A stretch of 64,000 nucleotides of DNA from positions 15,946 through 79,945 of the forward strand of contig JBAXTN010000007.1 in the NCBI GenBank assembly GCA_037130175.1, in the 5' to 3' direction. The notes beneath the pieces were generated by a model. The model had not been told where the DNA came from. It ran no database searches and worked only from the letters and a program-made list of their open reading frames with translations. Positions 28,259-37,014 of this stretch are shown piece after piece. Source of the DNA: a bacterium (lineage in GTDB: Bacteria > Verrucomicrobiota > Verrucomicrobiia > Chthoniobacterales > UBA6821). Every line of letters begins with the position of its first letter. Position 1 is the first letter of the stretch. The position numbers and the translations under genes were made by a program.

Positions 28259-30574
28259 ATGATCCGCTCACGTCGCCTCCCTTTCTTTCTTTTCCATGCA
28301 GGAATCCTTGCCGCGGCTTTGGCGTTCCCGCTTAAAGCTGACGAATCCCCCCTTGTAACGCTCAAGGTTGACTGGCCTTCCTTCATGGCTTGTCAGGATC
28401 CCGTGTGGCAACGGATGCCGACGAATTATTTTGAAGGCCCGTTTGTGGGTAATGGCCTGCTCGGAGCGATCCTCTTTCAGGATAAATCGGAACCCAACAC
28501 GCTCCGTTTTGAGATTGGCCGTACCGATGTCTATGACCATCGGACAAATACCGGAAGCGTCATGCACTACGGGTGCCGTTTGCCTATCGGACATCTCCTG
28601 CTCAATCCGGTGGGGAAGATCACGGATGCCGCATTCCGAACCGATCTCTGGAATGCGGAAATCACCGGCCAGATCACAACCGACCGTGGGAGCATCAAAC
28701 TGAGATGCTTCACTCCGAGTGATGCGGAAATTGTCGTCACTCAACTCTCTGTGACAGGGCTTGAAAAAGAGGCAAAAATATCCTTCGTGCCGGAACAGGG
28801 AAACAGCCCTCGTTATATCGCCCAGCCGAATCGGGACAAAAATCTCAACTACGTTCCCAATCCCCCTTTTCAGTTGAAGCAGGTGAAGGACACGGAGCTC
28901 TGTGTCCAGCCTCTGCTTGCGGGAAGTGATTATGCAACCGCTTGGAAACAGGTTGCTGAAGCGACTGGGAATCGAACTGTTTATCTTGCTGTTGCAAACA
29001 GAAAGTCGTGCACGGGTTCGGAAGTGGATGCTATGGAGATGGTGAAGAAAGCGATGGCCCGCGGTATTCCAGAGCTTGAGAAATCTCATCGTGCCTGGTG
29101 GCATTCCTTTTATCAGGCGAGTTTTGTGACTCTTCCTGATGCGAGGATTGAGAGTTTTTATTGGATTCAGCTCTACAAGATGGCCAGCGCCACTCGGGAG
29201 AATCTCCCTGTGGTCGATCTAATGGGCCCTTGGTTCAAGCCTACGGTCTGGGCCTCTTACTGGCAAAATCTCAACACCCAGCTTGCCTACTACTCGGTAT
29301 TGCCAGCAAACCATCCCGAACTTGGTGAGAATATCTGCCGCCTTCTCTGGGATCGACGGGAGGATCTCATTAATAATGTTCCCCATGAGTATCGTTCCGA
29401 TTCCGCTGCATTGGGGAACCCTACGGGGTTTGGTAACCTGGTTGCACCGGGTCCTGGGCCCGTGCGGGAAAAGCTTGGCAAAGGATCCTACCATTACATC
29501 GCGCTACCCTGGTTGATGCAGCAGTACTGGCTGCAATACCGATTCACCATGGACGATGGTCGTCTGCGCAACGAAATTTACCCGCTGCTGAAACGCACGA
29601 TAAATACTTATCTGCATACGATCGATCTGCAATCGGATGGCCGCTACCATATTCCCATGGCCTTTTCAGATGAGTATGGAAATGCCGAGGATACTAATCT
29701 CAATCTAGCCATGCTGCGATGGGGATTGCAGACACTCCTAATAGTAAATTCAAAGCTGAAACTCAACGATCCAGATGCAGTCCACTGGAAGGAAGTGCTT
29801 GCAAAACTAACCGATTATCCTGTCGATGAAATGGGGTTGATGCTGGGCAAGGATACTCCATTTGCCAAACCGCATCGCCACTCCAGCCATCTCTTTGCGA
29901 TCTTTCCTTTTCATGTCCTGAACATTGATGATCAGCCTGATCAAAAGCCCCTCATGCAGAAATCCATCGCCCATTTCCTTAGCTTCAACGGAGATGACTG
30001 CATGTTCAAATTCACCGGAGCTTCCTCCCTCTATGCTGCGTTGGGATATGGCGATCAGGCGCTCGCAAATCTGCAACGAGCCTTGGAGCCTCAGCCAACA
30101 GGGCCGACTGTCGCTGCCAACACTCTTTACAGCGAGAATGGATGGCCGACTTTCGAGTCACCTATCTCCGCGCAGCGGGCAATCCTCGACATGCTGCTTC
30201 AAAGTTGGGGGGATAAGATCCGTGTTTTTCCAGCCATTCCAACTCAATGGAATGAAACCTCTTTTTATCACCTCAGGGCTGAGGGGGCTTTCCTCGTAAG
30301 TGCAAAGCGTTCGGGTGGCAAGACGCTCTTTGTCGGGGTGAAGAGTCTAGCCGGAGGACCATGCCGGATCAAAACCGACATGGCGGAACCGATCGTCGTG
30401 ACGGGCATCTCTGCCTCGGCGGTTCGACGGGTGGATGGACTTCTAGAAATTGATCTCAAAAAAGGAGAAGAGGTGTTTCTTCACAGTCAGGGCACAAATC
30501 CTCCATTTCTTATAGCTCCTGTTGCCAACCAATCCGGCAGACCAAACGCCTGGGGTGCCAAGAAAGCTCTCTAA
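28259..30574 (+). CDS. GH95-like (alpha/alpha)6 glycoside hydrolase, paralog 1
   Basis: 771 aa with a signal peptide. The N-terminal GPFVGNGLLGAIL and the YWQNLNTQLAYY block resemble the GH95 motifs GNGrLGa and NINlqMNYW. Specificity unknown. Confidence 0.8.
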   Translation: MIRSRRLPFFLFHAGILAAALAFPLKADESPLVTLKVDWPSFMACQDPVWQRMPTNYFEGPFVGNGLLGAILFQDKSEPNTLRFEIGRTDVYDHRTNTGSVMHYGCRLPIGHLLLNPVGKITDAAFRTDLWNAEITGQITTDRGSIKLRCFTPSDAEIVVTQLSVTGLEKEAKISFVPEQGNSPRYIAQPNRDKNLNYVPNPPFQLKQVKDTELCVQPLLAGSDYATAWKQVAEATGNRTVYLAVANRKSCTGSEVDAMEMVKKAMARGIPELEKSHRAWWHSFYQASFVTLPDARIESFYWIQLYKMASATRENLPVVDLMGPWFKPTVWASYWQNLNTQLAYYSVLPANHPELGENICRLLWDRREDLINNVPHEYRSDSAALGNPTGFGNLVAPGPGPVREKLGKGSYHYIALPWLMQQYWLQYRFTMDDGRLRNEIYPLLKRTINTYLHTIDLQSDGRYHIPMAFSDEYGNAEDTNLNLAMLRWGLQTLLIVNSKLKLNDPDAVHWKEVLAKLTDYPVDEMGLMLGKDTPFAKPHRHSSHLFAIFPFHVLNIDDQPDQKPLMQKSIAHFLSFNGDDCMFKFTGASSLYAALGYGDQALANLQRALEPQPTGPTVAANTLYSENGWPTFESPISAQRAILDMLLQSWGDKIRVFPAIPTQWNETSFYHLRAEGAFLVSAKRSGGKTLFVGVKSLAGGPCRIKTDMAEPIVVTGISASAVRRVDGLLEIDLKKGEEVFLHSQGTNPPFLIAPVANQSGRPNAWGAKKAL
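30281..30560 (+). repeat. High-identity tract shared with 32661..32940 (gene-conversion tract, copy 1)
   Basis: Manual count gives 201/230 identical over 30281..30510 vs 32661..32890, including a 43-nt perfect run (30402..30444). The 50 nt immediately upstream are only 28/50 identical. Confidence 0.85.
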
Positions 30575-30599
30575 TCAGGGCAGAAGCCATCTAGCCTCG

Positions 30600-32972
30600 A
30601 TGAAATCCGAAGTTGTTTTTTCAATCAGCGGATTTATAAAAGATCAAGGTTCCAGCTTCGTCTATCTTTTGCTGAGGGCGTCCTTCTTGACCATCCTAGT
30701 AGTAACTAATACTGCAGCGTCCCGTGTTATGGAACTCAAGGTGGACTGGCCATCGTTTATGGCGAGACAGGATCCCAAATGGGATCGGATGCCTCAGAAC
30801 TATTTCGAGGGACCATTTATCGGGAATGGTCTTGTTGGTGGGATCCTCTACCAAGACAAAGAAAGCCCCAATACCTTGCATCTGGAGTTGGGAAGAGTCG
30901 ATGTTTACGACCATCGCCCGGGAGGTAACTGGAAAACCAATACGCGTCTTCCCATCGGATATCTGGCCATAACTCCAGTAGGTACGGTTATTCATTCCGA
31001 ATTTCACATCGATCTATGGAATGCCGAAATCAGATGCAATCTGCTGACTACCCGCGGTAGCATTGCATTGCAATGTTTTGCCCCCTCAGGAACTGATGTA
31101 GTGGTATTGAGCTTGAAATCCACCGGAGAGGAAGCAAAAGCGAGCGTTGGCTTTCATGGCGAAAGTGCTCAATCATGCGCTTATATTGCCAACGGATCAA
31201 AAGATCCGAATTACGAAAGGAATGAACCGTTTGTCTCAGTCGACCGTAAAGGCATTCCTCTGACGATTCAAAAACTCAATGCTGGCAGTGATTTTGCAAC
31301 AGCTGTGCTCGAGGAAAAAAATTCACCCGACTCAAGAAACATTTACATCGCCATAGCCAACCGGCACTGGCTTCATCCGCAGGCTCCTTATGGCAGTGCT
31401 GACGATGCTATTGCCAGCGTGCGTGCAGCCGTAAAGTCGGGTGTCGTGAAATTGGAAGAGGTTCATCAAGCCTGGTGGCACTCCTATTATCCGGCAAGTT
31501 TCCTGAGCTTGCCCGATAGGAGGGTCGAGAGTTTCTACTGGATCCAATTATACAAATTTGCAAGCGCAACGCGTCCAAACCGCCCGGTCGTGGACCTTTT
31601 CGGTCCTTGGTTCAAGCCCAGTGGATGGGGGCAGTACTGGTACAATCTTAATGTGGAGCTGTCCTACTACCTTGCCAATGTCAGCAATCACCCCGATTTC
31701 AACGAGGCTCCCTCAAGGATGTTGGAAACCCATCTTCAGGATCTAATTGAGAATGTGCCTTCGGAATTTCAAAACGATTCGTCAGGGCTAGGAAGAACAA
31801 CCGATTTTGGCAATTTGAAGTCAGTGGGGCAAGGACCCTTGGTCAAACTCCCGCAAGTCCACTACGAGATGATCAATCTACCGTGGCTCATCCAGCAATT
31901 CTACCTGTATATGCGTCACACGGGTGATGACTCAAGGCTACGCTCCTCTGTTTATCCGCTTCTCAAACGAAGCATGCATCTCTATATGCACCTGCTCGAA
32001 AAAAAGAAGGACGGTAAATATCACCTGCCGCTTTGTTACAGCGACGAGTATGGCATTGCAAAGGATACAAGTCTCAACATCGCGATTATGCGATGGGGAT
32101 TTGAGACACTTCTCAGGGAAAGCAGGCGCCTTAAAATTGAAGATCCAGACTCGGAGCGATATCGGGAAGTGCTCGACAACCTCACTGACTATCATGTCGA
32201 TCAGAAAACTGGGATCATGATTGGGGAGGGGATTCCCCTGCTGAAACCTCATCGACACAATTCGCACCTATTCGGTGTGTTTCCCATGCACAGCCTGACT
32301 GTCGAGAATCGACCTGATCTACTGCCCGTTGTCGAAAAGTCGCTCCATCACTTTACGGATCTTGACGGGGACAACTGCATCTTCAAATTCACAGAAGCAT
32401 CCTCCCTGTGGGCAGCAATTGGGAATGGAAAAGAGGCACTGTTTTTTCTGCTACGAGCCTTGGAACCGCAGGCCATGGGATCAACGATCGCTGCCAACAC
32501 AATTTCGAGCGAAGAGGGAGGATGGCCGACCTTTGAAACACCCATCTCTGCGGCTAGAAACATCACCGACTTGCTACTTCAAAGCTGGGGTGGGACGATA
32601 CGGATCTTTCCAGCCTGGCCAGCGGCTTGGCAGGATGCCGCATTCTACGATCTGCGGACCGAGGGGGCTTTCCTCGTAAGTGCGAAGCGTTCGGGTGGCA
32701 AGACACAATTTATCGGCGTGAAGAGTCTGGCTGGCGAACTATGCCGGATTAAAACTGATCTTGCGGAACCGATCGTCGTTGCGGGCATCTCTGCCTCGGC
32801 GGTTCGACGGGTGGATGGACTTCTCGAAATGGATCTCAAAAAAGGAGAAGAGGTGGTTCTACACACGCAGGGCACATCACCGCCATTTCAGGTCACCCCA
32901 ATTTCCAATCAATCCGGTATGCCCAACGCTTGGGGTGCCAAAAAATCCTCCCAAGATCCCACGACAAAATGA
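30600..32972 (+). CDS. GH95-like (alpha/alpha)6 glycoside hydrolase, paralog 2
   Basis: ORF 30522..32972, trimmed to ATG 30600 (MKSEVVF...). It is collinear with the upstream paralog (LKVDWPSFMARQDPKWDRMPQNYFEGPFIGNGLVGGIL; YWYNLNVELSYY). Confidence 0.8.
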   Translation: MKSEVVFSISGFIKDQGSSFVYLLLRASFLTILVVTNTAASRVMELKVDWPSFMARQDPKWDRMPQNYFEGPFIGNGLVGGILYQDKESPNTLHLELGRVDVYDHRPGGNWKTNTRLPIGYLAITPVGTVIHSEFHIDLWNAEIRCNLLTTRGSIALQCFAPSGTDVVVLSLKSTGEEAKASVGFHGESAQSCAYIANGSKDPNYERNEPFVSVDRKGIPLTIQKLNAGSDFATAVLEEKNSPDSRNIYIAIANRHWLHPQAPYGSADDAIASVRAAVKSGVVKLEEVHQAWWHSYYPASFLSLPDRRVESFYWIQLYKFASATRPNRPVVDLFGPWFKPSGWGQYWYNLNVELSYYLANVSNHPDFNEAPSRMLETHLQDLIENVPSEFQNDSSGLGRTTDFGNLKSVGQGPLVKLPQVHYEMINLPWLIQQFYLYMRHTGDDSRLRSSVYPLLKRSMHLYMHLLEKKKDGKYHLPLCYSDEYGIAKDTSLNIAIMRWGFETLLRESRRLKIEDPDSERYREVLDNLTDYHVDQKTGIMIGEGIPLLKPHRHNSHLFGVFPMHSLTVENRPDLLPVVEKSLHHFTDLDGDNCIFKFTEASSLWAAIGNGKEALFFLLRALEPQAMGSTIAANTISSEEGGWPTFETPISAARNITDLLLQSWGGTIRIFPAWPAAWQDAAFYDLRTEGAFLVSAKRSGGKTQFIGVKSLAGELCRIKTDLAEPIVVAGISASAVRRVDGLLEMDLKKGEEVVLHTQGTSPPFQVTPISNQSGMPNAWGAKKSSQDPTTK
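32661..32940 (+). repeat. High-identity tract shared with 30281..30560 (gene-conversion tract, copy 2)
   Basis: See the entry at 30281..30560. The offset between the two copies is exactly 2380 nt. Confidence 0.85.
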
Positions 32973-35359
32973 TCATGAAACCCTTTAGCTCTTTGGTAGT
33001 GATTGCCTGCTCTTATGTTGGCGCGGTACCGCTCATGGCTGCTGATATTTATGTTTCCCCGAGTGGAAACGATGCCAATCCCGGCACGATCAATCAGCCG
33101 ATTGCAACCCTCAGCCACGCTCAGGAGTTGGCCCGTTTGGCCAAAGCATCAGGTCCTGTTTCAGTCGTACTCCGCGATGGAACTTATTACCTCGAAAAGC
33201 CACTGGTCTTCAATTCTGCTGATTCAGGCACTACGCAAACTCCCATCACCTATACTGCCTATCAGAATGAAAAACCCGTAGTTAGCGGCGGCATGAAACT
33301 GCCAAAACCAGAATGGGAGCACTACACGAATGGCATTATGCAGACGCAAGTTCCTGAAAACTGGACAACCGATCAGCTCTTCGTCAATGGGAAGCATCAG
33401 ATGATGGCTCGTTATCCTAATTTCGATCCCAAGATCGCCAATTATAATGGATTTTCCAAGGATGCATTCAGCCCGGAACGGGTTGCCAAGTGGAGTGATC
33501 CTACAGGTGGATTCATTCACGCTCTCCATGCGGCGAGATGGGGAGGTTTTTCCTATCTCATCCTTGGAAAGAATCCCGATGGCACACTGAAATACGAAGG
33601 AGGATGGCAGAACAACCGGCCCGCGGGAATGGATAAGAACAAAAGATTCGTCGAAAATATCTTCGAGGAGTTGGATGCTTCGGGAGAGTGGTATCTTAAT
33701 CAGAAAACACATACGCTATATTACTATCCGCCCGATGGAGTGGATCTAAAGACCGCTCAGATTGAGGGTGTACGTCTTCCGAGTTTGGTGGAGTTCCGAG
33801 GTACGGATAAGAATCCCGTGAAGTGCATCACACTCAAGGGAATCACCTTCACTCAAGCCTCACGCACATTCATGGAGACGAAGGAACCGCTGCTGCGGAC
33901 GGATTGGGCGATCTATCGAGGGGGCGCGATACTATTCGATGGGTCGGAAGATTGCGCGTTGATTGATGTCACACTGACTCAGTTGGGAGGGAATGCTATT
34001 TTTGTGAACGGCTACAATCGACGAACGGTGATCCAAGGAAGTCACATTTTCAAGATTGGTGCAGGAGGAGTGAACTTTGTCGGTAAAATCAAAGCTGTCA
34101 AAAATCCGCTTCTTAATTACGGAAAGAGCCAGAAACTTACTGAAATCGACATGACGGCTGGCCCCTTGACTGACGACTACCCTGCGGAGTGTCTCGTTAA
34201 TGACTGCTTAATTCACGATACTGGAAACATTGAAAAACAGAGTGCGCCGATCAATATTGATATCGCTGAAGCCATCACTATTCGTCATTGTTCGATCTAT
34301 AATTGCCCGCGTGCTGGGATTAATATCGGTGACGGATGTTTCGGCGGTCATCTCATCGATTTCTGCGATGTCTTCGATACGGTTAGGGAAACTGGCGATC
34401 ATGGTTCCTTCAACGCTTGGGGGCGCGATCGATGGTGGAATCTCGGAGGTGTGAATCTGAATACGGACATCGTAACCAAGTATCCCAATCTCCCAAAGTT
34501 GGATTGTTACAAGACCATCACTCTTTCCAATTCCCGTTGGCGTTGTGACAACGGATGGGACATCGATCTTGATGATGGATCAAGCAATTATCTCATTGTA
34601 AATAACCTTTGCTTGCATGGTGGTATCAAAAATCGGGAGGGATTTTATCGCCGTGTTGAAAACAATATCATGGTGAATTCCGCATTTCACCCTCATGTCT
34701 GGTTTGCCGACAGTGGAGATGTCGTTGTTCGTAATATCCTGAGCGGTTACGCCCCTGCCGGTATGGGGATTCATCCATGGGGTAAGCAGATGGACTTTAA
34801 TCTCTTTGTGAAACCTGGGCAAACCACACCCACACCCGCATTGAGTGCCCAAAAAGCTAGCGGGTGGGATAGCAGCTCCGTTGAGGCCGATCCACTCTTC
34901 GTCGATCCGGCAACTGGAAATTATCAAGTTCAGTCCAACTCGCCCGCATTGGCTCTGGGGTTCAAGAACTTCCCTATGGATCAGTTTGGTGTGCAGAAGC
35001 CGGAACTCAAGGCCATTGCCAAGACCCCAATTCTTCCTTCCTTTGGAAAAGGACTTCCTGCCTCTGAAGGTCGTGATCAAACTCCGTTGCTATGGAACGG
35101 TCTGACCGTTCGCAATATCAAGGATGAGGGAGAGATGTCAGTTTATGGACTTCCCGGTGTGACAGGAGTGCTGATCACGAAGGTAGATTCTGGATCACCT
35201 ATTGCCGCAACAGGCATTCAGATTAACGATGTAATTCTTGAGGTTGGCGGACAATCGATAGGCTCTGTTGAAAACCTTAGAAATCTGATGATGGCGACCA
35301 CGCCGATTAGTCTTCGTGTGTCCAGGAGCCAAAATATAAAGGTGTTGAAATCGAAATAA
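32969..35359 (+). CDS. Secreted right-handed beta-helix protein with a C-terminal PDZ domain
   Basis: Start ATG 32969 overlaps the upstream stop (ATGA). It has a signal peptide, IYVSPSGNDANPG and beta-helix repeats. The last ~89 aa (35090..35356) are PDZ-like (GVLITKVDSGSPIAATGIQINDVILEVGGQSI). Confidence 0.82.
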   Translation: MIMKPFSSLVVIACSYVGAVPLMAADIYVSPSGNDANPGTINQPIATLSHAQELARLAKASGPVSVVLRDGTYYLEKPLVFNSADSGTTQTPITYTAYQNEKPVVSGGMKLPKPEWEHYTNGIMQTQVPENWTTDQLFVNGKHQMMARYPNFDPKIANYNGFSKDAFSPERVAKWSDPTGGFIHALHAARWGGFSYLILGKNPDGTLKYEGGWQNNRPAGMDKNKRFVENIFEELDASGEWYLNQKTHTLYYYPPDGVDLKTAQIEGVRLPSLVEFRGTDKNPVKCITLKGITFTQASRTFMETKEPLLRTDWAIYRGGAILFDGSEDCALIDVTLTQLGGNAIFVNGYNRRTVIQGSHIFKIGAGGVNFVGKIKAVKNPLLNYGKSQKLTEIDMTAGPLTDDYPAECLVNDCLIHDTGNIEKQSAPINIDIAEAITIRHCSIYNCPRAGINIGDGCFGGHLIDFCDVFDTVRETGDHGSFNAWGRDRWWNLGGVNLNTDIVTKYPNLPKLDCYKTITLSNSRWRCDNGWDIDLDDGSSNYLIVNNLCLHGGIKNREGFYRRVENNIMVNSAFHPHVWFADSGDVVVRNILSGYAPAGMGIHPWGKQMDFNLFVKPGQTTPTPALSAQKASGWDSSSVEADPLFVDPATGNYQVQSNSPALALGFKNFPMDQFGVQKPELKAIAKTPILPSFGKGLPASEGRDQTPLLWNGLTVRNIKDEGEMSVYGLPGVTGVLITKVDSGSPIAATGIQINDVILEVGGQSIGSVENLRNLMMATTPISLRVSRSQNIKVLKSK

Positions 35360-35439
35360 TCAACCTGCCTGGGCAGCTTTCCTGATTCGTCAGTCAGATT
35401 CTCATCGACTGAAGAGTCAAAAAAATCGGAAACTTTTTC

Positions 35440-35871
35440 ATGGAGGCGGTGTTAATGCCATTGATGAAAACACCACACACTCCCCGTAAAATCATGAAGC
35501 TGCTTGCTGTAGCGCTGCTTCCCCTGTCCATCTGCTCCGTAGTCTCAGCGCAGACGACACCGGCAGCTGGAAATCCGCCCGCTTCAAATCAGGCTTGTAA
35601 TCCTGCACATGCTCACCACGAGCATAAGGGATGGAAAAATCTCTCGGCGGTCGAGCTTCAGCAGCTCAAAGCTGATCTCAAAAAAATCCATCAGGATCCC
35701 CAACTGGTGACTGCTCGGCAGGCGGTAAAGGATGCTCAGACTCACGAGGCCAAAACTGCGGCCAAGACCTCATTATGCCAGATTAGACATGATTTGCTGG
35801 TAAAGGCCGATCCCTCAATCGAACCGATTCTGGCAAAGATCGTCCAGGGACATCACGATAAGGATGAATAA
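35440..35871 (+). CDS. Periplasmic LTXXQ-motif (Spy/CpxP-like) protein, one module
   Basis: 143 aa with a signal peptide (the start may be ATG 35464 or 35494). The module LSAVELQQL...KADPSIEPILAKI spans 35641..35841. Confidence 0.7.
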   Translation: MEAVLMPLMKTPHTPRKIMKLLAVALLPLSICSVVSAQTTPAAGNPPASNQACNPAHAHHEHKGWKNLSAVELQQLKADLKKIHQDPQLVTARQAVKDAQTHEAKTAAKTSLCQIRHDLLVKADPSIEPILAKIVQGHHDKDE

Positions 35872-36673
35872 ACCTGCTCCCTACACTTCTGATAGCTTCA
35901 TTAAAATGAGACGATTACTACCAATTCTCTTTGTCACCTGTATGGCCGCAATCCCCATTCAGGCTCAAACGAATACCGATAATGGCGGCGTCAACATGCC
36001 TCCCCTTCCGGGAGCGGGTCAGAACCTGCCTACGAGGGATGGACCGATGTCGAAACTGACAAAAGAAGAGCGCGAACAGCTCAAGGCTGCACATGACAAA
36101 GCCATTCAGCAGGATCCCTCTCTAGATCAGAAGATGAAAAGAGCCCATGAGGCGATGGAGGAGGCCCGTCAGGCAATGCATGATGCCATGGTCAAGGCCG
36201 ATCCTTCGGTAGCTCCGATTCTTGAGAAAATCACTCCCCGGAAATGGGAGCGTAAGTTAGAGCGGGAGTCCGGTTCCAATCCCCCTGGAAGTGGGCAATC
36301 CTCTCAGAATGCTGGCAATACAACGACAAACGCCTTCTCCACGAATTCCACTCCACCGGAATCCTTCAAGCATGAAGGACATCGTATGCCGCCAGGATTT
36401 GCCAATCTTACACCGAGTGAGCAGTCTCGATTGAAATCCGTTCACGAGCAGGTAAAGACTGACCCATCAGTGATTGCGGCAAAGGAAGCTGAGAAAAATG
36501 CCTCGACACCCGAGGAGCGCCGTTCAGCCAAAGATGCGGCTCACAGGGCAATCCATGACGCTATGATCAAGGCTGACCCCTCCATTGAGCCGATTCTGAT
36601 GAAAATCCAACCGCCACCCCGGCATGACGAACCTTCTGCTGAGGGCCAAGGTGCTCAGATGGCACCACTGTAA
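35864..36673 (+). CDS. Periplasmic LTXXQ-motif (Spy/CpxP-like) protein, two modules
   Basis: 269 aa with a signal peptide (the start may be ATG 35906). Modules are at 36056..36232 (LTKEEREQL...KADPSVAPILEKI) and 36407..36607 (LTPSEQSRL...KADPSIEPILMKI). It overlaps the upstream gene by 8 nt. Confidence 0.75.
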   Translation: MNKPAPYTSDSFIKMRRLLPILFVTCMAAIPIQAQTNTDNGGVNMPPLPGAGQNLPTRDGPMSKLTKEEREQLKAAHDKAIQQDPSLDQKMKRAHEAMEEARQAMHDAMVKADPSVAPILEKITPRKWERKLERESGSNPPGSGQSSQNAGNTTTNAFSTNSTPPESFKHEGHRMPPGFANLTPSEQSRLKSVHEQVKTDPSVIAAKEAEKNASTPEERRSAKDAAHRAIHDAMIKADPSIEPILMKIQPPPRHDEPSAEGQGAQMAPL

Positions 36674-36694
36674 CTTTGATCGGTGCCCAGCACA

Positions 36695-36931
36695 CTAGCC
36701 TTGGGGCTTGATCACTTTTTTGGCATCTGAGGAGGATGAACTCACGCCTGCTCCCGACAACTGATCGGGGGTGGGTTTTGGGATCCCATGACATTTCATG
36801 CGTGTGTAGGGTCCCCATACGGTCTGCGGAAAATAGAGATCCCTCCTGTTGGCGATGGTCGTACAGGAAGTCGATGTTCCGGCGAGCAGTACAAGCGGCA
36901 GGATGATGATGTTGGGGAGAAGTCTTTTCAC
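36695..36931 (-). CDS. Small secreted/lipoprotein-like hypothetical protein
   Basis: 78 aa with an N-terminal signal-like segment MKRLLPNIIILPLVLLAGTSTSC. No homology recognised, so coding status is uncertain. Confidence 0.45.
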   Translation of the reverse strand: MKRLLPNIIILPLVLLAGTSTSCTTIANRRDLYFPQTVWGPYTRMKCHGIPKPTPDQLSGAGVSSSSSDAKKVIKPQG

Positions 36932-37014
36932 GATTTAAGCATCATAAAGGTTGTAACCGAATTTGTGTCAAAGAAATTGCTCAGGCACCAGAACTTGGCA
37001 AGGATCCCAGTGAC

